Assembly (NCBI GenBank): GCA_963924565.1
Contig: OZ004611.1
Location: 23,374,001 to 23,438,000, forward strand
Length of the DNA: 64,000 nucleotides
Reading direction: 5' to 3'
Origin: Ascidiella aspersa
Lineage: Eukaryota
The notes under the pieces were generated by a model. That model had not been told where the DNA came from. It worked only from the letters and a program-made list of their open reading frames with translations, and did not search any database. Each line of letters begins with the position of its first letter. Within the stretch, counting starts at the first letter, position 1. Both the position numbers and the translations under genes were made by a program. Positions 1-12,100 of the stretch are shown here, in pieces.

Positions 1-1857
1 CAGTGATACAGACCAGAAAACGTAATAGTCGCCGAACACTAAAAGTGTGTCATTAAATTGTTGAATTTACAGTGAACAGGGTCCCAACGGAAGTGCAGGA
101 CAGAATTACATGTCCCTTTTATTCCTCTAAAACAGTTTTCCGCACAGTGGTCGCAAATTTCGGGAGCCAAAAAAGGCGACAATTAAGGGCTGCCGGCCCG
201 AGCGTTGAAAGGTTAGGCTAAAGATAGAGGCCCGCGACGGCGCTATCAGACCCCGTACCTAATGGCGTCCATCGTAGCGGTGCCGGCTGTGGCCTCGACG
301 CCGTTTTGCCGCACTTGTCGGGGTGTCTTATCGCGGCTTATCGCCCGGGCGCGCGCGCTACTTCTCTATGACATCACAAACGGGCGATTTGCAGGCGTCG
401 ATGTCACTTGCCCCTTTGAGGCGCGCAGTCGCGAACGCCTCGGTAATGCAGTCTATCGCGGCCCAAGGTTATAGATTCTGCGTCGCGTTCGCGTTCACAC
501 CGTCGAGAGGTTCTCCGTTATGTTGGCTGAGATGGATAGAGCGGGCTGAGGCAGCGTGGGCTACCTACTTGAGCTTGACGAACTATTAGCTGACAAAAAA
601 AGTAGTTTAGCTTGTCAGCATTGTACTTGTCGAATTAAACTGTGACCGAAAATGCGCGGCAATTTAAGAGTAAGACCGCAGTGATCTCAAACGTAAGTTA
701 ATAAGAGTGTGTGCATGCTTTAGTTTTATTTTTTTTATGGAACTGTCCACCTTATAACCAGACTTACTATATGTTCTAGTTTTCTATTTCAATCAATAAG
801 AGCAAAATGTCTGCTTGTATGCTGTAATTCTAAGTGTAATGTAATTTGGATTTGATCAAAAATGGTACTTTGTACAACAGCAATTTTAGTGTCTCAGTTG
901 AAACACATAATTTAAATGTGTGCCGTTCTGTCGAAACGACTTGAAGGTGAATTTTATAGTATGAAAACCACGACTTTAATATAGGCTATGCTAAAACGTA
1001 CTGGTCCAGGAATATCTGTCACCCACATTCTTATGGTAAAAAGTTCTATATGCATTGTGAATGACTAAATGTAATTGGATTTCAAGTTCTCAGTTATATT
1101 GTGCTTTTCCAGAAATCAGCTATTCTTACACTAATGTAATTTGAAAAACTGAAATTATATAATTCTAATCTGATTGGGAAAAACTGAAATTCTCTAATTT
1201 TAATTCTTGTCTAATTTTGAAAAGCTAAAACAAATCTAGATGTTACTGCTTTTAACATAAAACATAATCGTTCTTATCGTTGTTTTAAGTCAAGGGACCC
1301 CGTTTCAAACTTTAGATACAATTGTATACGGACCTCCTAAAGAACTGTTGCCTTACACTACCAAAAGTATATTGGTTTCAGTGCATTGCGAGCCATTGGA
1401 GGTCGTAATCGTTACTAACACGCGATTTCACTGAAACAAACTTTACGAACCTTTAGTAATACGAGCAAAATTTTTTTATTTCCAAAAATGTCACCTGTCT
1501 AATGTTGAACAAACATGCTTTTTCACTTTGGAGAACCTGCGATAGCATAAAAAGTAGTGTGTTTTTCATTTCGCGCAACTGTCAGCAGTCTACTGCAAGA
1601 CGCGTCCGCCGTTTTATGACGGAAAGAGCAAAAACAAAACTCGCGTACTCCCGTTAGGTTTGTGGCCAAAAAAACGTCGAGAGCCAGGCTTTCGTCGAGA
1701 GAATTTTTTTCCAGCGATCCAGGCAAAAATAGAGCTCGGCCCATGCATTATTAACCGCTGCTGTGATGATGTGCATACGAGAAACATGCTTGATCCGAGC
1801 GGGCGGCTAAATTGTTTTGAGCCAAGAAACGTCAAAGTCGTGTTTATTTAATGGAAG

Positions 1858-2160
1858 TGGATATTCAACCGGATCGCTCTTTTACGGCTGCACCAATACG
1901 TGATTTTTTATTGATTTGGGTTAGGGTTGGGGTTAGCGTTTGGGTTTGGATGGTGGTAGTGTTAGATTTAAGTTTCCGAGTTTTGCATAATTTACATGAT
2001 GTTTTTTCAGAAATCGATTTAATAACTAATAACTTTGCTAGCCGGGTAAATGGACCCAGAAGTTGCCTATAGACTATTTGACCGGATCGCTCTTTTACGC
2101 TTGCACCCGTTAGTGATTGTATGTCGATTTGAACTACTTTGATGTCGGGTTAAATAGCCT
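1858..2160. repeat. Tandem pair of MITE-like units with telomere-like G-rich core
   Basis: Repeated ACCGGATCGCTCTTTTACG..TGCACC at ~1868 and ~2081; inverted ends CCGG.TAAAT; GGGTTAGGGTTGGGGTTAG at 1918-1936. Confidence 0.55.
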
Positions 2161-5141
2161 TTTCCACTGTTGAGTAGCGAAGTTTTAACAAAATCGGTTG
2201 GCAGGTGCTTAGGTAAAAATAAGGAATAGAAACAGAAAAGCTGTGTGACGCTAGATAATGTTTTTAAAGAAACAACTTTTTGCATTTGTCCTCGTTTTTA
2301 CTACAGTGGAATTGACCAACGTGAAGTGGTATAACTACATAAGGTTAGATATTAAATACTATTGCTAACCATAGGTAGCAAATCTGCGTAAGTGCAAAGA
2401 ACTATTTTCAACTTCATGCTGGTTTACTGGAAAACTCAATTATTCGACCTTTAAACCAATTTTTGTTTTTGTCAGTATATATTCCGTATAATAATGCTTA
2501 CATCAAATGCAGTTCATTTCTACCTTAATTTTATGACATTGTTAAACCGTAGTTCGTTATGAAGAAAAGCACATTAGGTTTGGCGAGGTTAACTTAACTT
2601 AAAACAAATTGGTGAAAATAAGGTAAAAAACAAAAACATTCGGTCGCGTGTGCTTTGCGATTTTCAAGTTCATCTAAATTGTTCTGCTATCGACGAATCA
2701 CCCATGCTAAAATATTCCGCCTTCGCCAGCACTTGCAGCCGCCGTGTGCCCTTCAAAGACACATCAAAGCCGCAAAAGCTAATAAATACCCGGCTGCATT
2801 ACGACAGGCGTAAGATAGAAATCTAGAATACACTCGTCAAAGGCTCTCTGCGGCCCGATCCTCGCCAGCCCTTGAAATGAAGCTTATAGCGAAGTTATTC
2901 GACTTCATGTCTATGTAGCGACGAATGTGCGGTTTTAATCAAAAACCTGTACAAGGTGTATCGTGCTGTTTCGACTAGAAATGCTTGAGTTCCAAAATTA
3001 GTCAAACGATAACTTTGGAGTTATTTTTCTTGGTTTGTTTCGTTTGTAAAATATATAAAATTTCATAAACACAGACCCTCTCCCATTTTTTCTAATATAT
3101 ACTTACCGCGTATCAATGTTAATAATTTATATTTGTTTTACTTAAAATTCTGTATCATGCGTTTAACGCCATATGCAGGACGCACGTTGCAAGTATTTGA
3201 AGCCGCGTCCGCAACGGTAAACTACTATTTATTTATGACTTCTTTGAGTGTCTTTAAAGTAGTGTAACGTATGAAATTAAGGTCAGTTTTAAAAAGTAAA
3301 GTTTCCAATGGTTTGAAAGACTCTGTCTAGTTAAGGTTGACGTATAGATCTAACCAGTATAATATTGTCGGATTTCAGTACTGTTTAACCGACTGTCGAA
3401 ATTGTGCTATCGTTTTGTTGTTTTAAATACCGTGTGACGCAATGAATCGCAAACCGTTTTGGCTTGCGACACACTAACAAAAAATTGAAAAATATTCGCG
3501 ACACCCTTCCAACAAAATAGAAATACCACAACTTATTGATCGCCCCAAAAATCAAAATGTCAAGAGTCAGAGAGTTTCCTAACGGGGATGGTGCATTATG
3601 CTTGTATCTATCCGTAGCACAACAAGCTATTTTCTAAAATAAAAAAAAGTTTCGCGGAACACTTAAGAATCTTTCGAGGCATGTGTAACAGAGTTCGATA
3701 ATAATCAATGGTGTAAAGCGAAACTGCGAAGTCAGACGCGGGACGCTGGACTCGACGTAGTCGGTTAAGCTTCCTGGAGTCGTACTCGGACAATCGAATT
3801 CGAGTCACAGTAAGACGTAAGACTACCCGAGTATTGAGTCCGACGTGAGCATGCGCAGCACCAAATTTCGAAACTGATCGCAAACAATAAATCGTAAAGG
3901 TAGAATATCACATGGTTGAATATTTTCCTAAGATGCATTGTGAGTTAAGGAATCATTTGACATCACTTTAAATGGACTGCTGAATATGCACCTTATTTAA
4001 GCTACATAAATACTTTGCTTACATGAAATAAAATACGGGCTCTAGAGTCTAAGCCGGACTCAGGACTTGACGAAATCGCACGTTTTGGCCAATGCCGGTT
4101 GTTTTTAATCGACACCTGTGGTGTAAAGTAAAGATAAGTTTTGTTGTGGAGAAAATCGCTGTTGCGTATAATGATTGATTTTCAACTCTGCGCCCCACAG
4201 GGCATAAACGATCAACTGTGCCGAATAGATCCACCTGGTACTTTTATGATGCAAGAAAAATTAACTTTTCTGTTTCGCGTTTCCCCCATTAGGAGGGAAG
4301 CTTCGAGTATCTTATTACCGAACACGACATATCATCAGTGCACTCTCGATTATCCTCGCGAATACAGCAAATCGATTCCTGTCAACGCTCAGAGTTATAT
4401 TTTCGGATTTTAATGCTCGAAAACTCTGGCTACGCGCTCGAAAACTCTGGCTTTGCCCTTAACTACTTCCGACAGTTCTTCGTCGATATTTTTTTTACGA
4501 AAACACTAATTCCATCCAACCGTAAAACTTAAATTAGTAATACAAAAAGACTCGGTGCCACAAAATTTATGCTCTTTTTTCAGTTCATTTTTTTTATTCT
4601 AATTAACACGTTGATAACTAAATAACAAAAATATAGTTGTAGTCCGACTTGTTTTTAGGAATAACTTTGGCAATAAACATACAAATTGCGTGGAAATTAA
4701 GAAAATCGACGTCACAGTTGCTGAAAACCTACGTATGTGACCCTAATTGTTTCCATATGATCGAAATTGCATTTCGCATGCCGTTCGTGCCTCCACATGT
4801 CAACTTGAAGCACCTTCTGAGCGATGGCGACTTAGCCGGGGTCACACTAATCCTGGCCCGAATTCTTTTTCTTCGCGTTCAGTCGATTACAAGATTGTGG
4901 CCTTGACTCTCAGACGCCGGTTACCTAATTTCGATCGATTTCCCACCCCCTAATCCTTTCGCCCTCCCTCCCCGGCTAATACTGTCGTTACTTGTTTTCG
5001 CACAAAGTGACGCCGCAGTAACACGCATCGCCTGCATGGGCCCGATGAAAATGCCCCAATTTTAATAAAAGTTATTTCATTAGGCGTTCGATAAATGCCA
5101 AGGTTTAGGTAGGGTGTCACATGGGTATGTTTATAAGGCAG

Positions 5142-5510
5142 CATTGTGGTAATGACTTAAGTGCACTTAAGAGTAACTGTTTTCAAATGACTTGACTTAA
5201 GTCATTTTAGAAAACTTGATTTTGGCATTCGTGCAAATGACTCGGGTTAAAATAAGTGTTTTTATTAAGCTTGTTTTATAAAATTTAGTTAAATAATCTT
5301 CTGGCTATATGTTGCGTCTTTGTTATTTTTTACTTGAGGTATTCCTCGTAATCGAGTAAGTTTACCGATTTCAGTAGTTTAACGCATAATTTTTATAACA
5401 AGGTCTTGACTTGAAATAGGCTTGCTATAATTATGACTTGACTTGGACTAGACTTGTGATTTGTTGAGAAATGACTGAAGTCATTTCAAAATGACTAGTT
5501 TACAACACTG
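5142..5510. mobile_element. hAT-type MITE, TGACT-repeat family
   Basis: Degenerate CAGTGTTGTAA-type TIRs, internal (TGACT)n, 8-bp TSD TAAGGCAG/TAAAGCAG. Confidence 0.75.
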
Positions 5511-7295
5511 TAAAGCAGACCTTTTAAAACCGTATGAGTGGACTTGGATGAGTGGACTGGCTTAGTGAGTTTATTAAATATGCCGCAAGAGTTATCGCGA
5601 AAATGTAATATAGTTAACACGCCTTACCCGTGATATTTCAGTCGTGTTTTTACTTGGAAAATTATACCCGTTCGTTTTATATGTTAGCCGTAGAGTGTTG
5701 CTTTAATTTCCTGCTTTGTGCTACGAACTTGCAAAACAAAACCGGACAAAAATAACGGACAAAACTGGGGATAAAAAGTGACGCAACTCCCGTTTTTGAA
5801 TTGAGAGAAAAAATACCGGGTTTGAGTTAGATGAGAAACGGATATTGCAATATCATAGGTTTTGTTTTCCATTAAATTACTAGTCTATAGATAGATACGC
5901 AAGGAAGGAACTTAAAATGCGCAACAAGCCTATCACGTTTTCCTCCCACAGTTCTATATATAGCTCTCAATTTGCAGGGAAGAAAAGAAAACAGAAAACT
6001 GTGCTGCTAAAATGAAAACTAAACAATGGGATGACAAACGGTCCCAATAAAAGTAATATCACAATGCCGAATATAAAGCCAATGCAAATTCGAGTAATTT
6101 GTCAAACAACTTTAGCCCTAAATCACATGTCAATCTTTAAAATAGGCTGAGTCAGGCGCAGTCAGTTGACATGGTCTTTAGAAATTTTTCAGTGTTCAGT
6201 GAACGCTATTACGCGACTTGTTCAGATAGGTGTTGTTCATTAAATATTTAACCAGATTTTAGGCATTTCGTCTCCGTTTTGTCACTTGGCAATTGACTTG
6301 GACCAAACAAGGTGGAATTAACTCCCAGTACCAGTGAAGGATTTTATGCGTAGGCCCACTATATTGGATTTTACAGCCACTATACGCACGGCATGTTGCG
6401 ATGTATTTTGAAACAACTACACTTTAGCTGTAGTGTCGATTAAAAGTACCCGACCAGTTATAGTGATTGCAAATAAACAATTGTAACGGCCCATTTGACT
6501 ACATTTTATTCAAATTAAACTTTTCTCAATTTTATCCGTAATCAATTGTTTTTAGGCGATTCTGAAGTCGTTATTAGATTGTTTTTCAATTTTACCGCGC
6601 CGAAATACATTTTTAAAAACTTTTAATTTTGCAATCATTAAGTCTTAAACAGCATGCAAAACACCAAACGCACAAGGTAAGGTAACAGTTGAATTTAGTC
6701 GCGAAATTAAGGATATATATATTGTAGGAATAGGGGAAGAAAATATAGCCTTGCAATTATGTCCAGTAGGATTTCACTTTTAATATATTGGAACACGATG
6801 GCTTAAAGTAGTCATCAATGTAAAGTATATTGTGGTTACGCTTAGAATTAAAACAAATTCCTTTCTACAATAAAGCGACATAGGTTGTCCGTTATTGCCA
6901 AGCCGGACTTGGACAACTAGTTTTAATTTAGCTTTTTAAAATTAGATGAGAATTAGAATTAAAGGAATTTTTTTTATTAGATTTGAAATATAATTACCGA
7001 ATCATTAAAAAACAAAATTTACACTAGAATTTGAACTACAATTACATTTAATATTCACAATTAATTGAATTTAAATCGCAAATTAAAACACTAGAATTAG
7101 CTAGTTGTCCAAGTTTGCCAAGCAGTGGTTTGTCAAGTAGGGCTCGAGCAGATCGCGAATCAAAATCCGAGCAGCACCATGTTATTGTTTTATCGTAAGG
7201 AAGTCGTAAATTCGAAGGCAGCCTTTTAGCAGTCAAGATGGAAGTACAAACCGGTAAACTCTACTCTACTGGCAAATAAGCTTTTAACGCTGTTC

Positions 7296-7425
7296 ATAGT
7301 TTTGCGTCCATCAAATATATTATCCGTACAATTTAATAATGTCTGCATTTAAATTGTGGAGGTTTTGATAGTTGTGCGTCCATCGAATATATATCTGTGC
7401 AATTTAATATTGTCTGCATTTAAAT
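7296..7425. repeat. Degenerate ~58-bp direct repeat
   Basis: ATAGTT.TGCGTCCATC.AATATAT...CAATTTAATA.TGTCTGCATTTAAAT occurs twice. Confidence 0.75.
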
Positions 7426-8087
7426 AGGCGAGGGCTGGCCGACTACAATTAGCGCGCGATAATGCCCCCGGTTTAATCTTTAGCCATGCGACCGCCTTGG
7501 ATTTATTTTTGGATAATGAAAGTTTCCGACGGTCGATTGCCGAATGACCGGCTTCGTCTCCTGGGATTTTCGGGATGCTCATCAGCTAATCGTGGCGCTG
7601 ATTAAACTTGCGTAACACTGTTCACTGTGCCGGTCAAGAATCCTACCACATTTTCTTCAGGAGGTTTAAATTGCTAACATTATTTGAGTTAGTGTGCGAG
7701 TTAACGTTTGGGTTTAGGTGGGTCAAGTATGAGGTGTGTCAAGTACCTTCCTTGCAATTTTAATATTGACAACTCGTTTAGTTACTGTAAAAAAAGTGAT
7801 AGGAGTTTAGATCAGCGCCCTGTTTTCAAATACGGACTGCCTTTTGACACAATAAAAGTTCCGGCTATGTGCGGATAACGTTTCCGCCTTAGCTATACTG
7901 TTAGAGTAAACGTGATATGTCTTTAAGGTTGTCACCTCAGCTACGCAACCCGTGGTTTTACGCACGTATTTCTATAATCACAATTATTCTCACCGGATTT
8001 GGTGCTAAAGGCACATTTTCTATGTTCCCGTCGTTATATGGGTAGACTGCATATAGGCAAAATTCGTTCTTGTATATGTGGGTAGTG

Positions 8088-8252
8088 ATGGCTCATCACT
8101 CATAAGAGTTTTTACGGGTAAACTTTTCAAAACATGGCCTTACCACTCAGTATAGCGTCAGAGTGTTTTACGCGTGAACTTTTTAAAACATGGTCTCATC
8201 ATTCAGCTATAGTGTCAGAGTGTTTTTATGGGTAAATGTTTAAAAGCATGGT
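8088..8252. repeat. Three degenerate ~50-57-bp tandem units
   Basis: ATGG..CATCACTCA....AGAGT.TTTTACG.GT.AACTTTT.AAAAC repeated three times. Confidence 0.7.
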
Positions 8253-9139
8253 TGACTAATGTGCTTGTACTCCTGACACCTTACCCATAGCGTTCAGGAT
8301 GTTATGTGTCTACTGATTCGGGCATTTCGTTATATGTATATCAGCCTTTACTTTATAAATGAAAGAAACGTAATCAACGCTCTGATAGCTTTCTTTGGCC
8401 TGCATTTCCCGAACGGATTTCTAGTTGGCTTTGTCGTAATGCGCGAGGTTGACCGGTTAATCTGGGGGCTTTGGGATTGACGTCTGTTGAATTCTGTGCA
8501 AATTCCCCCCGCGCCAGTTTGATGCTATTCTGCGCTCTGTTTAGTGCATCATTTCCACCGGCCCCAAGGAATACAGTGTATATAGCGAGTTCGAAACGGG
8601 GCATGCATTATTAAAATAATTGTCGTCGTTTTATATTAGATTAAAATAAAGAGTGCAGCAGGAACGGTATTCGGCTACTAAATATATCTGGGTATATCAT
8701 GTGGTAGATTAGCGCTCAACTTTTGTTACCTACAAGAAAACCAACAAGGTTTAAAATGTTGGGCGCAACCCCTAAACATGGATTAATATCTACGCCAGAC
8801 GGCAAACTAATAGATTGTTTATTCAAATATGAGCCGAAGTCGCAAAAGTTGACGTATTATATTGCGTTATGTTCTAGTGTTAGGCTTTTAGTAAAACCAG
8901 CTGCTTACATACAATCAAAAGTCTGCTTAAGGGTACGTTTTTGTTATTGTTAGTACTGTATTTTAGACAGTGCCTTCGTATAAAATGCGCTAGTAAAATG
9001 TATGCTTAAACCGCGGCACACCTGCCCTGGTAAAAATTCTCTATTTTCTGTAGCTATAAAAAAAACTGTTTTCAACGGTATAAAACGACTTCTGTTATAA
9101 GACATATACGCCACCAATCTGCAATAACCACACAATGCA

Positions 9140-12100
9140 ATGAAAGGGGCACTGGCTCATACCCAGCTTACCTGCAACGGCGTGACACGTCAATCCGATG
9201 ACAGAAGATTCCGCAAGAGACAACACCGCAAACGTTTCGTCGCCATGGTGACCAAGGTGGCGTGCGCAGTGGCGCTACTGCTCATCATGTACTTGTTGCT
9301 AAGCAGCGGCTTCAGGTTTATCCGACAGCAACTGTCGGCGTCGAAAGTGGGCGATTCCAGCAAAAGAAAGGAATTCAACGGACAAGTGGTCGTCGTTCAC
9401 AACACTGAGGAGCACACGGCAAAATTTGCACACCGCTTCAAACGCTCTGCGCCGCGCGAAACCACGTACATTACACCGGGCGGTGTGACCGTAAACGAAC
9501 TGCTCCCGGCCGACACCTGGAAAGAACTGGAGATGGCCGGGGTAATCCCCTTGGATGAAAACCTAAACCCTGCCACCGAAGCGAGGGAAACGATTCCGAC
9601 TGTGACGACTCACAAAAACTACTCAAACGAGTACGAGCGAGTAGCCGCCTTCTGCCAAGCCACAATAGCAAACAAGTAGGAAAATTATTTTACTTGTGTA
9701 TTTTTCTAAAACCTATTAAGTAAGACGTCGTAAAAATATTGAAGTCCATAGAGAAGTATATCATTTTGACCCCATACAGAAGTGTATCATCTGATGTTGA
9801 AAATGTATGGGCTTTGATATTCTTACTACTTCATACTACAACCTCCAACCATAATATTTAAAGAGCGTTTCCTAATCTTTCCTACATACGTCAGGGCGCA
9901 CCTGTGTATCTCTAAAAGCTTGGTTGCGCACCTGTCGAGTAAGGCAAACACGAAATGTTTTGGGTATAGCGGTATTTGTCTTTAATTGCTTGTAATATTT
10001 GATAACATAGGCCTAATGGTTTCATTATCTTTAAGGTACTATGGACTCTAATGAGCAAATCCAAAAAACAAAGCAGAAAAATGATAAAAACACATGTGTC
10101 GAATATTTTATTCGTTGGTCTCTGGGAATCTGGTAACCTTCCATTGCCCACCAGTACGCCGCGGTGTACACTTATTAGAAAACGTTATATAAAATTGAAT
10201 AACATGAAAATACCCCAGTTTCTCTATACGATTGCTGAATTATGTTTACTTTTGTAAAATTTTTATTGTTGTAGCCTAAAAACGTAACGGGAACTCGTTT
10301 TATGATGACAAAACGAAATATTTTCAATCTCAGAACTGTCGTCTGTTTGTCTTTAAATCTTAAAAAGAATTAAAAATCGGAAATTCTTCTAGGTTGACCA
10401 CACAAAAGTTTCTCACACTGTTCTTCAAAGGGAAACAAAATCGATTGTATTATATCGTACATACATTTAATGCGCGACTGCCCTTTTATATTCGAATAGA
10501 ACAAAAGCTTTTAACCCTTTGTGATATTCTCCGTTAATATTTGAATGTAAACACGTACGCAATCCCAGGACAAAATCGACCAATGGGAGCGAAGCTGCCA
10601 CTGAAGGCCACGGGGAAGCTGGAGAGTCATCTGAGCATGACGTGTGTGCAACGCAGCGGAACAGTGGACTGCCGGCGCTTTGGGCTATTCTGTACATTCT
10701 GATCGTGTTGTTTCTATTTATTGGTAAGTGATAGACTTGACGAAAAACGATAAGATTTTCTAGTTGGAAATGTGGTGGCTTTTTACTGGAGTAACATGAA
10801 GAAGTATAATAAAGCCTAACATGGTGTGAGCGGTTCGCATAAAAAAAGCTGTATTCAATGTTATCTACTTCTATAAGAAACAGATTTCGTACGGTTTTGA
10901 CTGTTAGGTTGAAAGCAAAGTAACTTGGCCGGTTTTATTTAAAATTAAACCATTATAGGTTTACAGGATATACTAAGCAGTTTCAAAACAACACGTCGGC
11001 TTAACCATCATTAGTTATGTTTAAGGAGCGTACTATCTGCTTGCAAGTTATACCGCTGAAAACAATTCATCATATTTAACGAGAAGTTAGACCTGACGCT
11101 AAACATACAAGATCCAGGGCTCCGGACTCAGGACTCGAGTAAGACCACATAAACTACCAGAGTATCGAGTCCGACGTGCGCATGCGCAGTACAAAATTTT
11201 GAAACTGAAAGTGCCGCAATATGTAAGTTGTAAATGTGAAATAGAATATCTGGCGAATAATTTACAACCATGTATTGTGGGTGGATGAAGTATATGACAC
11301 CCCTATAAGTGGATTGCTTTATATTCACCTTAACTTATAGTTACGTAAATGGTAAAATACAGATCGTAGAGTCGGAGAAAATTGCACTTTTGACCGGAGT
11401 CGGGTTGACGTTTTTGGCTAGAGTCCGACTCGGGTTATTTTAAACCGACTCCGCAGCCCTGAAACGATCACAAGTGTTCGCCTGAATTTGTTTTCAAAAA
11501 ATGTCAACTCCAGGCCTAAAACTGTTTTACAGTCATTTTAATATGAGAAAAATGAGAACAGTCTTTTTTAATTAAGTAACAATTATTAACCCTAGTGAGG
11601 TCAGCTGGTATCTGCTACCGAAACGTTGGTTTATACTTCGTTTACACCAGAAGAGCGATTTCTATCTATAGTCATTTTTAATCCCTAATTTTTCGCTTGT
11701 GTGTTTTGCTCCAGCGTTGGCCATCATCTGCGACGACTTCTTCGTCCCGTCACTGGAGGTCATCTCGGAGCGCCTGAACCTGAGCGAGGACGTGGCCGGA
11801 GCCACCTTTATGGCGGCCGGATCCTCGGCGCCCGAGCTCTTCACTTCCGTGGCCGGCGTGGGAACCGGAAGCGACGTGGGCGTGGGAACTATCGTCGGGT
11901 GAGCGGCAGGATTTTTTCGTGTTCTACTAAGAATATTTGACAAACGCAAGTAAGATAGCATCGGGCTTTTGTCGTAATGGATATAAATTCGACTAGATTT
12001 GTCTGGACAGACACGAGCTATTATAATAATAACGAATAAGGTGGACAGATACAAGCTATATTACAAAACACTGCCCCTTTTTATAATACCTTTGTCTGTC

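Noticed and set aside
1918-1950. Interstitial telomere
   Set aside because: Only a few degenerate TTAGGG-like units, inside a MITE-like repeat.
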